A stretch of DNA of 63,040 nucleotides, filler included, from Octopus bimaculoides (taxonomy: Eukaryota), in assembly GCF_001194135.2 (NCBI RefSeq). It is 7 parts of 7 records of this genome, joined end to end, with 100 filler letters (N's around TTAATTAATTAA, not from the genome) between each part and the next. Parts side by side here need not be neighbours in the genome. Positions count along the whole stretch, not along the records: positions 1 to 5,049 come from NC_068998.1; positions 5,150 to 8,800 come from NC_068990.1; positions 8,901 to 18,753 come from NC_068981.1; 4 more parts are not named here. One strand, given 5' to 3'. The position numbers and the translations under genes are program-made. How positions within the stretch are numbered: the stretch's first letter is position 1; every line of letters begins with the position of its first letter. The notes beneath the pieces were generated by a model. That model did no database searches and was not told where the DNA came from. It worked only from the letters and a program-made list of their open reading frames with translations. Shown here in pieces: positions 1-11,420 of this stretch.

Positions 1-36
<36 letters not shown>

Positions 37-130
37 ATTCTGAATATCAGTCTGCCTGTCAGTCCGTCCGTCCGTCCGTCCGTCCGTCCGTCCGTCCGTC
101 CGTCTGTCTGCCTGTCTGCCTGTCTGTCAG
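1..130. repeat. Compound microsatellite (TC)n/(TCCG)n/(CTGT)n
   Basis: Directly visible simple repeats. Confidence 0.95.
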
Positions 131-328
131 TCGGTGCGCTGACTCAACTGAAACACGCCAGCAATCCCATGTAAAAAGTGCGCCGCCTCCCTTAGGGACC
201 ACTTCTCGTCTAATCAGACATCTGACAGCCGAAAGGGGCCGAAGCCAGCGATAATTTGCACACCTAATGTATTGCCTTGGACAGCAGCAGTCGTTTGTCT
301 TTCATTTTACATTATTCTTTGTCCTTCA

Positions 329-365
<37 letters not shown>

Positions 366-675
366 GCTAGCTAGCTAGCTATCTGTATGTATATATGTGT
401 GTGTGTCTGTCTGTCTGTATCTCTCTTTATATATANNNNNNNNNNNNNNNNNNNNNNNNNNNNNNNNNNNNNNNNNNNNNNNNNNNNNNNNNNNNNNNNN
501 NNNNNNNNNNNNNNNNNNNNNNNNNNNNNNNNNNNNNNNNNNNNNNNNNNNNNNNNNNNNNNNNNNNNNNNNNNNNNNNNNNNNNNNNNNNNNNNNNNNN
601 NNNNNNNNNNNNNNNNNNNNNNNNNNNNNNNNNNNNNNNNNNNNNNNNNNNNNNNNNNNNNNNNNNNNNNNNNNN

Positions 676-743
<68 letters not shown>

Positions 744-1877
744 GTAAAAAGAAGTGCGAGGTTTCAATAAAGATATAAAAAAACACACATTATAATGAAA
801 CTTTTAGTATTTCGCATTGAGTGAAAAATTTCCATAAAACCTGGAATCAAAAGAATTTTTAAACACAAAGCAAAACTGAATCATTGCCGAAGCCTCTATT
901 TAATGACTCAACCGGCTAGAAATAGCAACCAAGTCTTCCTCAAATCACACCGCACTGTTTTTAAAAGGGAAAGCATCCTCGATAATATAAATACGACCCA
1001 TATATATTATGATGGATGAAAAGCGGGATGTTCGCGGAAGGAACCCCTTTGACCCTAAGCCGGCAGGATTAACATTGATCTTGGACTTAGTTACAACAGA
1101 AACAAGGAGAATGTGTTTGGTCGCTCGTCTTGCAAAACGTAGCAGCCAGATCATTGCAGAAATGGTAAGTGGCTTACGGCATAAAAGAAATCACTTTAAA
1201 CTTGCTAAAATAATATTCGAAGTGGTTTATATGATCGGAAATATAATTTCGCAGTGTTCATGGTGTCACAGTGAGGATCTGACCAAAGATTTTACAGTAA
1301 GAAAAGATAAAAACTTTTCAAATATAAAGAAAGCGTAATTATACAAAAATCAACATTATTTTCCATCTTACTGTTAATATTATTTTATTTTAAGAAGTGG
1401 AAATTTATGGAATTTTTTGTTATTGTTTACATTTTGAATTATATATATGGGAGTACCAAAATCTTTTAAGTGCTTAGGGCCTCTATGGGTGTTTATCCAT
1501 CCCTGAACTGGGTTTAAACAACATGTAACGACACCAGTGGTTTCATAGATGCATCTTAAAATGACACGACTTGAAGATTTCTCGACGATTACGACTTCCC
1601 TACATCATAAAGTCACAAAGTCTTAAATCAACGACATCGCATTTCCAACGATCGACCAACTAATCGCCCGGTTGCCCACCATACCAATGATGCCACAACT
1701 TAGGAACGAATCGAAAAAGAATGAAATATATTTCATTGGTAAAGTTTCTCACCTTGAATAATATATGTGCCGGTCACAGAGAAAAAGACTCACATACAGT
1801 CATACACGCACACAGTGATAGATAGACATACATACATACAGACAGACAGATTGATAGATAGATAGATTGATAGATAG

Positions 1878-1961
<84 letters not shown>

Positions 1962-2110
1962 TCTACTCTGTCAGTCCCTCTGTATGTATGTCCTACTCTA
2001 CCCTCCAGTGTTCAATGATTAATCATTACAATATAACCAGCAGTCAATTTCTGCAGCAAAGCTGTTTTCATTCACAAAATACACAACACGTGCACGAGTA
2101 CACGCGCGCG

Positions 2111-2168
<58 letters not shown>

Positions 2169-2949
2169 NNNNNNNNNNNNNNNNNNNNNNNNNNNNNNNN
2201 NNNNNNNNNNNNNNNNNNNNNNNNNNNNNNNNNNNNNNNNNNNNNNNNNNNNNNNNNNNNNNNNNNNNNNNNNNNNNNNNNNNNNNNNNNNNNNNNNNNN
2301 NNNNNNNNNNNNNNNNNNNNNNNNNNNNNNNNNNNNNNNNNNNNNNNNNNNNNNNNNNNNNNNNNNNNNNNNNNNNNNNNNNNNNNNNNNNNNNNNNNNN
2401 NNNNNNNNNNNNNNNNNNNNNNNNNNNNNNNNNNNNNNNNNNNNNNNNNNNNNNNNNNNNNNNNNNNNNNNNNNNNNNNNNNNNNNNNNNNNNNNNNNNN
2501 NNNNNNNNNNNNNNNNNNNNNNNNNNNNNNNNNNNNNNNNNNNNNNNNNNNNNNNNNNNNNNNNNNNNNNNNNNNNNNNNNNNNNNNNNNNNNNNNNNNN
2601 NNNNNNNNNNNNNNNNNNNNNNNNNNNNNNNNNNNNNNNNNNNNNNNNNNNNNNNNNNNNNNNNNNNNNNNNNNNNNNNNNNNNNNNNNNNNNNNNNNNN
2701 NNNNNNNNNNNNNNNNNNNNNNNNNNNNNNNNNNNNNNNNNNNNNNNNNNNNNNNNNNNNNNNNNNNNNNNNNNNNNNNNNNNNNNNNNNNNNNNNNNNN
2801 NNNNNNNNNNNNNNNNNNNNNNNNNNNNNNNNNNNNNNNNNNNNNNNNNNNNNNNNNNNNNNNNNNNNNNNNNNNNNNNNNNNNNNNNNNNNNNNNNNNN
2901 NNNNNNNNNNNNNNNNNNNNNNNNNNNNNNNNNNNNNNNNNNNNNNNNN

Positions 2950-2980
2950 TGTTGAAGAGCGTAGGCTCGAAACATAAAGG
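2950..2980 (+). ncRNA. Minimal hammerhead ribozyme-like motif, U6 variant (partial)
   Basis: (c)UGUUGA-A-GAGC-GUAG-GCUC-GAA-AC-AU-A-AAGG. Stem II is 4 bp; G16.2 appears mutated to A; the 5' end is in the gap. Confidence 0.5.
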
Positions 2981-3060
2981 ACTTTCTCACCTCCCCGAGC
3001 GTCAAACTAATACACCTGCTTGTTGTTTATACACCTGTCTTCGTCTTTTGTTTTTCTGTA
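2950..3060 (+). mobile_element. Penelope-like terminal repeat fragment (family 1) beginning with a hammerhead-like motif
   Basis: Homologous to 31334-31465, which lies 3' of a GIY-YIG coding relic. Left end is in an N gap. Confidence 0.6.
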
Positions 3061-3153
3061 TATATGTATATATATAGAGTTATTAATATTTCTAAGTCTC
3101 TCTAAAGGAGACTACGGCAGCGGTACTGGAAATTAATAGTTATCGCCAAGCCA

Positions 3154-3189
<36 letters not shown>

Positions 3190-3554
3190 TGCGAAAGTAA
3201 ATATATGAAGACTAGGTAAAAAGCAGCGTGTATTAGATTTACGCTCACGAAAAATAGGATGAAAAGCCTTTTACGTTCCGAGCATACGCGAGGAGAGAGA
3301 GAAAAGAAGAAGTGTGTCATGATTGGACGGTCACCGCATCCTGAAATGACCAGAAAACATAGAGGTTGCTAGAGGCATGAATGGTAAGGGAGACAACTGA
3401 GAACCTGCCATATATGTGTAAGCAAGCGCGTTGTGAACGTGTGTTGGGCTATGTGCATGTATACTCTGTGCGTTTGTGCGTGTGTGTATATGCATGTATA
3501 TGTATGCATATATATATGCATACATAGATATATACACATCTATCTATCTATCTA

Positions 3555-3592
<38 letters not shown>

Positions 3593-3636
3593 AATATATA
3601 TGTATGTGTATATATGTGTATGTCTGTATATATATG

Positions 3637-3667
<31 letters not shown>

Positions 3668-3774
3668 GTATATATATATCTATCTATATATATATATATA
3701 TATATATCTGTATATATATTCAGATAAACATCTACACAGATGCACAAATGTATATATATATATNNNNNNNNNNT

Positions 3775-3948
3775 GGTGGCGGTGGTGGTGGTGGTGGTGG
3801 TGGTGGTGGTGGTGATGGTGGTGGTAGCTGCTGCAGTCGTATATTGTTCTTTGTCATTTTTATTACTGCTCCTGTTCTACATTACGTCTTCCGTAGACAT
3901 GATTCCATTGTTGCGGTTGCCTGTCTTACATTTGTTATTAGTATTACT

Positions 3949-3979
<31 letters not shown>

Positions 3980-4041
3980 CCATTATTATTGTTGTTATTA
4001 TTATTATTATTATTACTATTATCATTATTGTTGTTGTTATT

Positions 4042-4075
<34 letters not shown>
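3775..4075. repeat. Compound trinucleotide repeats (GGT)n/(ATC)n/(ATT)n/(GTT)n
   Basis: Visible. Explains the poly-G/I/V ORFs in the track. Confidence 0.9.
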
Positions 4076-4523
4076 CGATTGAATGTCTTCCCAGGAGGTG
4101 GATGTTAAGATAGAAACTGTATAGAAGCCCATCGGGGTGGATTCTACCCGTGTTTCAAAAGATACAGCTTTGCCACATTCTGTGTGATGTCGATTCTGCC
4201 ATAAATTTACTGTGAGGGAATACTCAAGTTTCTAGGAATACTCAGGGTCTTGCACGCTAATTCAAGAGCAGGCAATTCGATTGAGCGAATAGCTGAATCC
4301 TCGTCGTAGAACGGCGGAGATCCACGCAAAAATATGTTCCCAGTACTTTTATTAACTTTGTCTTTGATTATCTTCCGTGTTCTTCTGTCTGCAGTTCTAC
4401 AGCTCCCTGTTCCTTTAATTTCCTCCGTTTTCTAAGGAATATCGTCTATTCTTGTCTAATTTGGCATTGCTTAATTCCTCAGTCTCCTTAATTGGTTTCT
4501 TCAGAATATATAAGTATATATAA

Positions 4524-4563
<40 letters not shown>

Positions 4564-4590
4564 AGAAAGATGGGAAGACTGATAGGCAGG

Positions 4591-4642
<52 letters not shown>

Positions 4643-4945
4643 CAGACAGACAAACAGAGAGACAAATAAAGATATAGATAGATATTCTCTGTTTACGTTT
4701 GGACCATTTTCTTCTATTATTGACGGTTCTGTTTCCTTGTTATTAACTTTTGGAATGGTGCGGATTTCATCTGTGGATATTCCCAGCTTATTCTTTTTTT
4801 ATATTTTTATTTCTTAAGTTTTATATTTTCCCTATTTTCTCCTGCGATTTATCTCGATGTCTTTTAATAAATTATGTTTTCTAATTACTCCGACTTTGTC
4901 AAATATTCCTTACTTACCTGTCTTTGAAGAACCCGTTATTATTAC

Positions 4946-5000
<55 letters not shown>

Positions 5001-5093
5001 ATTATTATTATTATTTTCATTCTCATCTTCTATCAGTTCTGTTTCCATTNNNNNNNNNNNNNNNNNNNNNNNNNNNNNNNNNNNNNNNNNNNN

Positions 5094-5105
5094 TTAATTA
5101 ATTAA
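5094..5105. other. Assembly gap spacer TTAATTAATTAA (also 8845, 18798, 43398, 47905, 60691)
   Basis: Identical 12-mer flanked by 44 N on each side (100 bp total, counted at 5094 and 8845). It has stop codons in all six frames. Confidence 0.9.
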
Positions 5106-5149
5106 NNNNNNNNNNNNNNNNNNNNNNNNNNNNNNNNNNNNNNNNNNNN

Positions 5150-5470
5150 TTAATCCTATTTCGGCCAGAGTTCTTTCGTCACACTTCTGTGACCTCATCA
5201 GTTGTCTTTTGTTTTCTTCTTTCTTATGTGTGTCCCACCTTGCTAACTATCAGCCATTTTGTATTTTGTATTCCTATTGTATGTGTCTACGCATGCGTAT
5301 CCCTCAATGTGTGTCTATGTTTTGTAAGTGCATGTGTGTGTATGGGGAGTACCTGTATTATCTATATCCTCTGTTAATACATGTTCGTTTATTTTTGTTT
5401 TCATTTATCTATTTGTTCATATGTTTATACCTACTTTTTTCTTTTGTGCTTTTTTGTGTTTTTTCTTTTT
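5150..5470 (-). mobile_element. Penelope-like terminal repeat fragment (family 2)
   Basis: Near-identical to ~26878-27180, which adjoins a PLE RT/GIY-YIG relic. Carries a hammerhead core. Confidence 0.6.
5163..5207 (-). ncRNA. Minimal type-I hammerhead ribozyme motif (CUC triplet)
   Basis: AGACAA-CUGAUGA-G-GUCACA-GAAG-UGUGAC-GAA-AG-AA-CU-C/UGGCC. The core is intact; stem I is damaged in this copy. Confidence 0.6.
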
Positions 5471-5664
5471 TTCTTTCTTTTTTCTTTGCTTGTGGAGGTC
5501 TAATGCCACTGCTCTGCTTCCAAAGTGACAAGCTTTTCAACAACATCAAATAACAACACCATATATATATATATATATATATGCAAGCATTATTATCTGT
5601 AATTCTCTCAAAGAGAGATATTCAGTAACAGTACTTTTAAGGATTATCAATTTATTAATTTATT

Positions 5665-6262
5665 AATAAATTAATAACTAATAATTTTTACCAAGCCCCT
5701 CGGTATGTAAACACCATTATCGGTGAAGAACTTATTTAAAAGTTCTTATACATTTATAAACATACCCTTTTATTTGTAATAATTATTCACTCCCTGATAG
5801 TAAACCGTAGATTTTCTGCGGTATTGCTTATGACGCACTTGGTAATTCTTGAGGAGGGATAAGAACTGGCTGGCCTATGTAAGTTCGGAGATGCTGTTCA
5901 TATTGTGCATGCACGATGGCGCTCGGTCATGCATGCACAATTGCCAGCATCGTCGAATTTGCAAAACTGGAATATCATACTGATGAGGAAATGAAAAGTT
6001 TATACTTTTCTATGATTAACTAAGACTGGTTAGTTTCATTATTTTTTCTTCTTGTTTTGCCTTTGTGAGTTCCAAATATTACTATCTGTTGGAGTTTCAG
6101 CACTTTAGCTGCTATTTCTGAACTTCGGTATGTGGTGAAGCAACTGTTGCTGATCCCTTAATTATGTTTATAAATGTATAAGAACTTTTAAATAAGTTCT
6201 TCACCGATAATGGTGTTTACATACCAAAGGGCTTGGTAAAAATTATTAGTTATTAATTCATT
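5665..6262. mobile_element. Foldback/MITE-like element with ~100-bp inverted repeats
   Basis: 5665-5764 is the reverse complement of 6163-6262 with about 3 mismatches. The right arm runs into an N gap, so true termini and TSD are unseen. Confidence 0.65.
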
Positions 6263-6440
6263 NNNNNNNNNNNNNNNNNNNNNNNNNNNNNNNNNNNNNN
6301 NNNNNNNNNNNNNNNNNNNNNNNNNNNNNNNNNNNNNNNNNNNNNNNNNNNNNNNNNNNNNNNNNNNNNNNNNNNNNNNNNNNNNNNNNNNNNNNNNNNN
6401 NNNNNNNNNNNNNNNNNNNNNNNNNNNNNNNNNNNNNNNN

Positions 6441-8040
6441 NTAGCATAGTTTTTTTGTTTTACTTGTTTCAGTATTATAACCCGATTTCATTCAGGTCTA
6501 CTTGGGCCACATTTTAAAGATGAGGAATTGAAAAAAAAATTTTATTAAAAATTGATAATGAGAAAAAGTATGCCAAATACTTAAACAGTCTTTGAGAATT
6601 GATTGGAGAAACTTCGCGGATGCAGATGCGAAGGGCAAAGAATGATGGAAAAATGCTGGGAAAAAAGCAAAACACCGATCAGGTCTCTGAACAAAACTGA
6701 AATAGTATAATACGACTGCACTTACAATGTTTTGGATACAATATGTAGTCACACCCAACCTAATTTTGCGGAATCAGTGTCACGAGGTGAACCCGTGGGT
6801 TGGGAGTTTGACTGGCAGAGGTGGATGCAGTTGGACTAAAAAATGATTAACTGACAATGACTCCAGTGACATGAAGAAGGTGGATGCAATTGGGCTAAAA
6901 AATTGAGAAAGTTACAATGACTCCAGCGACAGGAAAGTAATGACAGTAGGTTCAAAAGTGTTATTGCAGGGCTTCTTTGTAGACAACGTTCCTGGTGTTG
7001 CCTGGATTACCACAATTGAAGATATTGTGTGGACTGCCGACACAGGAGCATCTGACGTATAGTTGACCATGGGTAAATACCTGCTGTATCAGATTTAGGC
7101 CAACTACTTGTAACGACTGTCCCTGTGCCTTGTTGATGCTCATTGCAAAGCATACTTTTACGGGAAACTGCCATTGCATAAATTCAAATGGCACGGCAGA
7201 GTGACTAAGGCTCATGGGGGTTAATAATTTTGTCATGCCAGCAGACAGTCCGCTCAGAATGGTTGTCATCAGAATTAAGGCCCTAATTCTTTTGATGATC
7301 AGATGCCTACCATTGCATAGTTCTGGTGGCTCCACGTTTCTCAGAGACATAACTGGAACACCAACTTTCAGTCTAAGGTCATGAGGTGGAAGTCCAGGAG
7401 GTAGTTGGCTGTTGAGAAATTCAATAAGTGTGCAAATTTTCAGCTCAATCTGACCACATTTACTGACACTTTTGCTTGCACAACTGCATATGAGACAACG
7501 TCCGCCCTTTTCGCAAATATATAATAGACTAGCAGAGGTACCTGGCCTTGCTCGGGATTAAAATAGTTTATTATTGTTTTACTTGTTTCGGTATTACAAC
7601 CCGATTTCATTTGAGTGTATGCAGGCCACATTGTAAAAAATGAGGAATTCAATTGAGCAAATTCAGAGTTGCCTTGCAAACTCGCCAGCACTTTTCACAT
7701 AGGTGTGCAAATTTTCAGCTTAATCTGATCACATTTACTAACACTTTTGTCTGCACAACTGCTTGTGAGACAATGTCTGCCCTTTTCACAAATATATAGT
7801 AGACTTACAGAGATACCTGGCCTTGCTCGGGATTAAAATGGCATAGTTTTTCATTGTTTTACTTGTTTGGTTATTATAACCCGATTTTATTCGTGTCTAC
7901 TTGGGCTACATTTTAAAAGATGAGGAATTTTGCCCCAGAGGCCATGCCTTTCAATTGAGCAATCTCAATTGCCATGCAAACACGCCTGCACTTTTAACAT
8001 AGGTGTGCATATTTTCAGCTCAATCCGACCACATATGCAC
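6441..8040 (-). mobile_element. Helitron tandem array: two short non-autonomous units plus one unit with a helicase fragment
   Basis: ~275-bp unit repeated. The 3' end CCCGAGCAAGGCCAGG...CTAG (7529-7532) is joined directly to 5' TCTATTATA. The same subterminal sequence recurs at 6441-6530. Confidence 0.75.
6961..7425 (-). pseudogene. Helitron PIF1-family helicase C-terminal fragment
   Basis: Translates IEFLNSQLPPGLPPHDLRLKVG...LCNG...QFPVKVCFAMSINKAQGQSLQVVGLNL...VFTHGQLYV, typical PIF1/Helitron motifs. Confidence 0.9.
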
Positions 8041-8101
8041 ACATAGATATACATACGCATTAAATATATATGTACATAATTACGCATTATATATATATAT
8101 A

Positions 8102-8796
8102 TGTACGAGCTGGGTTTGAAACCGTATTCTGGTTGTTGAGGACAATGGTATTTCTTTTGTCCTGTCAACAAGCACAGCTATTTATAGCGTAGGATGATGA
8201 TCGCTGACCCTTTCCGGTCATCGAAAGTTTAGAAAAACAAGTTAGGAATTGTACTAAACTGACCCAGCTTTGGAGGGGGTAAAGTAGCACTGTTGAGCTA
8301 CGGTATTTGTCATAAATACGGAAGCAGTGAAGATGGACAAGCAGTTGGCGTACGGCAGTTGGTGGAAGCGGTCAGTGAGTGAAGATGGACAAGCAGTTGG
8401 TGTCAGGCGGTTGGCGTACAGCAGTTGGTGTAAGCGGTCAGCCAGTGAAGATGGACAAGCAGTTGGTGTAAGCGCGGTTTGATGTAAAGGCCAGCAGCCA
8501 GTGAAGAACGAGTGTGTGAAGGCCAGCAGTGAGTGAAGAGAAGCAAGATGAACAAAGAGACTGACAGACAGAGGCTGAGAGAGAGAGGCTATGGTCAGAA
8601 GGTACCAGTCAGCAGAAATGGATAGAATCTGAGAGAGAGAGGGACAGAGAGATGGAACTGTTGTGGCAGGCAAAAGATTGTAGTAGACTACGTTGGTCAG
8701 TTCTTGTGATTGTAGTGGGATATTTGAAGGAAAGGAAATTCTTGCGGTGAAGGTTTGTTTGCATTTCTTTAAAGAAAAATGTATTTTGTTGTTACA
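8102..8796. mobile_element. Possible solo LTR or unclassified repeat with internal GAAGATGGACAAGCAGTTGG subrepeats
   Basis: TGTA...TACA termini, purine-rich body, three 20-bp subrepeats, and a TATA-like CTATAAATAG on the minus strand. No matching TSD. Confidence 0.3.
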
Positions 8797-8900
8797 TGAT
8801 NNNNNNNNNNNNNNNNNNNNNNNNNNNNNNNNNNNNNNNNNNNNTTAATTAATTAANNNNNNNNNNNNNNNNNNNNNNNNNNNNNNNNNNNNNNNNNNNN

Positions 8901-8944
<44 letters not shown>

Positions 8945-9465
8945 CGCGTGTGTTTGGATATACTTAATACGTAATGCAACATAACTCAGAGTGTTTTTTT
9001 GTGACCTTATCTCTCTAAAAGAAATAGGGGCGCTGGGCAGTTCCTCCGCCGCCCCAATGAATCTAATGGCCCAACCGCTAATATATGAATTGTGTATTTA
9101 TGTAGAAGCTTCAGTGCATTGCTTTAGCCTGGGGCCGATGATGCTGTTCACACAGTGTTCGTCATAATGAAAAACTTCCTCTTGGAACCTTAAACAGATG
9201 TAAATATGCCGTATTATTCTCTTGATTGTACGAAGAGAATATCAAGATGTGCTTACAGCTGTTTAAATTTTCACAGCGAATAGTTTCAAAAGCATTTGTA
9301 ATGGGTTTATATGAAAGTGTATTTAAGATGAACGTTTTGTAACTAGACAGATCCAGGTTCAATCCCATTGTGCGCCACCTTTGACAAGAGACGTCTATAA
9401 TAACATCGGTTCGAGTAACACATTATGAGTAAATTTAGTTAACGAAAACAGTATTTATGCTCATT

Positions 9466-9544
<79 letters not shown>

Positions 9545-9659
9545 AGTGTATATGCGTAAGCATAAATGTGCGTTTGTGCGCGAGTTGATACACATACACA
9601 CACGCACGCACGCGCACACACACACACACACACACACACAAATACGTGCGTGTGCGTTT

Positions 9660-10310
9660 GGTGAAACCTTGGTCAACATTCAAACTTCGGTTAAGCGATA
9701 TCGCCTTCGATGAGATGGTCATATCGTGGAAATTGCAGACCATCACTTGCAGAAAACTGCTTCATACCCAGTCATTTGTACAAAAGAAATCTGGGCGAGA
9801 TTAAACAAACTTGGCATCAGTGAGTATGAGATTCGGAATACCTGTCCTTCGAAGTCCCATACCTCATTATCAAAGAAAATTGGGCGGGAGTATATTCTGT
9901 TGTTCTTCTTCTTTTCCTTTTTTGCAAATAAAGATTCTGAAAAAATTTTCTTTCCAAAATTTTTAATGTCTTACATTTTCGCCCCTAGCATATTTCCGTA
10001 CCGTTTTTGCTTTTCCTTCCAGAGACTTCAAGGAACAGCAATTTAAAGAGTGCTTCCAGCACGGACCATTTACGATGGATTCCTATACTTCAGATGTACC
10101 TCAATACATTCTGGTAAAGAATCCAACGCTTCCACACATCAAAGACCAAACCTTTATGCAGAGAAAATAGAGGCAAAACCTAAACACAGCATTATTTTTC
10201 CCTAGGGGTAGAAATTTTAAAAAAACAAAGAAACAAGGAAAAACCGAATGCTCCGATTGAGAATGGACTTGTATTTGCAAAAGGGACTTGTTTGGCTTAC
10301 AAAATGTCTA
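9660..10310 (+). pseudogene. Degenerate, internally deleted piggyBac-like transposase relic
   Basis: Frameshifted peptides SDIAFDEMVISWK (first catalytic Asp motif), KIFF...SYIF, RDFKEQ, and a C-terminal Cys-rich-like KTECSD...GL.FAK.TCLAY, in the expected order. Confidence 0.5.
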
Positions 10311-10410
10311 TATGTAGATCCTTGGATCCTCGGGAGTTAAACCCGGTAGAAAGCATTCCTCGACTCTGAGGGTCTGATGGTTAAACATACATATTTGTGT
10401 GTGTGTACAT

Positions 10411-10494
<84 letters not shown>

Positions 10495-10973
10495 AGAGAG
10501 AGAGATGGATAGAGCTAAACACACACACGCGAGCACACATATAAATATGCACATAGTTATATTGTTACGTTTCGGGATGGTCATTCTATATTTTCTTCTT
10601 TTNNNNNNNNNNNNNNNNNNNNNNNNNNNNNNNNNNNNNNNNNNNNNNNNNNNNNNNNNNNNNNNNNNNNNNNNNNNNNNNNNNNNNNNNNNNNNNNNNN
10701 NNNNNNNNNNNNNNNNNNNNNNNNNNNNNNNNNNNNNNNNNNNNNNNNNNNNNNNNNNNNNNNNNNNNNNNNNNNNNNNNNNNNNNNNNNNNNNNNNNNN
10801 NNNNNNNNNNNNNNNNNNNNNNNNNNNNNNNNNNNNNNNNNNNNNNNNNNNNNNNNNNNNNNNNNNNNNNNNNNNNNNNNNNNNNNNNNNNNNNNNNNNN
10901 NNNNNNNNNNNNNNNNNNNNNNNNNNNNNNNNNNNNNNNTATATATATATATATATATATATATATGCATATA

Positions 10974-11364
10974 GGCACAGGAGTGGCTGTGTGGTAAGTA
11001 GCTTGCTTACCAACCACATGGTTCCGGGTTCATTCCCACTACGTGATACCTTGGGCAAGTGTCTTCTACTATAGCCTCGGGCCGACCAAAGCCTTGTGAG
11101 TGGATTTGGTAGATGGAAACTGAAAGAAGCCCGTCGTATATATGTATGTGTGTGTGTATGTGTGTGCGTATGTGTGCGTGTGTTTGACATACGATGCTAG
11201 TGTGTTTACGTCCCCGTAACTTAGCGGTTCGGCAAAAGGAGACCGATAGAATAAGTACAAGGCTTACAAAGAATAAGTCCTGGGGTCGATTTGCTCGAAC
11301 AAAATGTGGTGCTCCAGCATGGCTGCAGCCAAATGACTGAAAGAAGTAAAAGAATAAAAGAATA
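10974..11364 (+). mobile_element. tRNA-derived CORE-type SINE (OR1-like) with internal microsatellite
   Basis: A box TGGCTGTGTGG, B-box-like GGGTTCATTCCC, CORE-like CCTTGGGCAAGTG, and tail AAAGAATAAAAGAATA. Multiple copies in the window. Confidence 0.85.
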
Positions 11365-11377
11365 CACACACACACAC

Positions 11378-11420
<43 letters not shown>

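Noticed and set aside
5094-5105. Recurrent TTAATTAATTAA palindrome (six copies) as a biological motif
   Set aside because: Always centred in an N gap (100 bp where counted); a six-frame stop spacer inserted by the assembly pipeline.
9726-10046. ORF as a host gene
   Set aside because: It overlaps piggyBac-like motifs spread over several frames, and there is an in-frame stop upstream.
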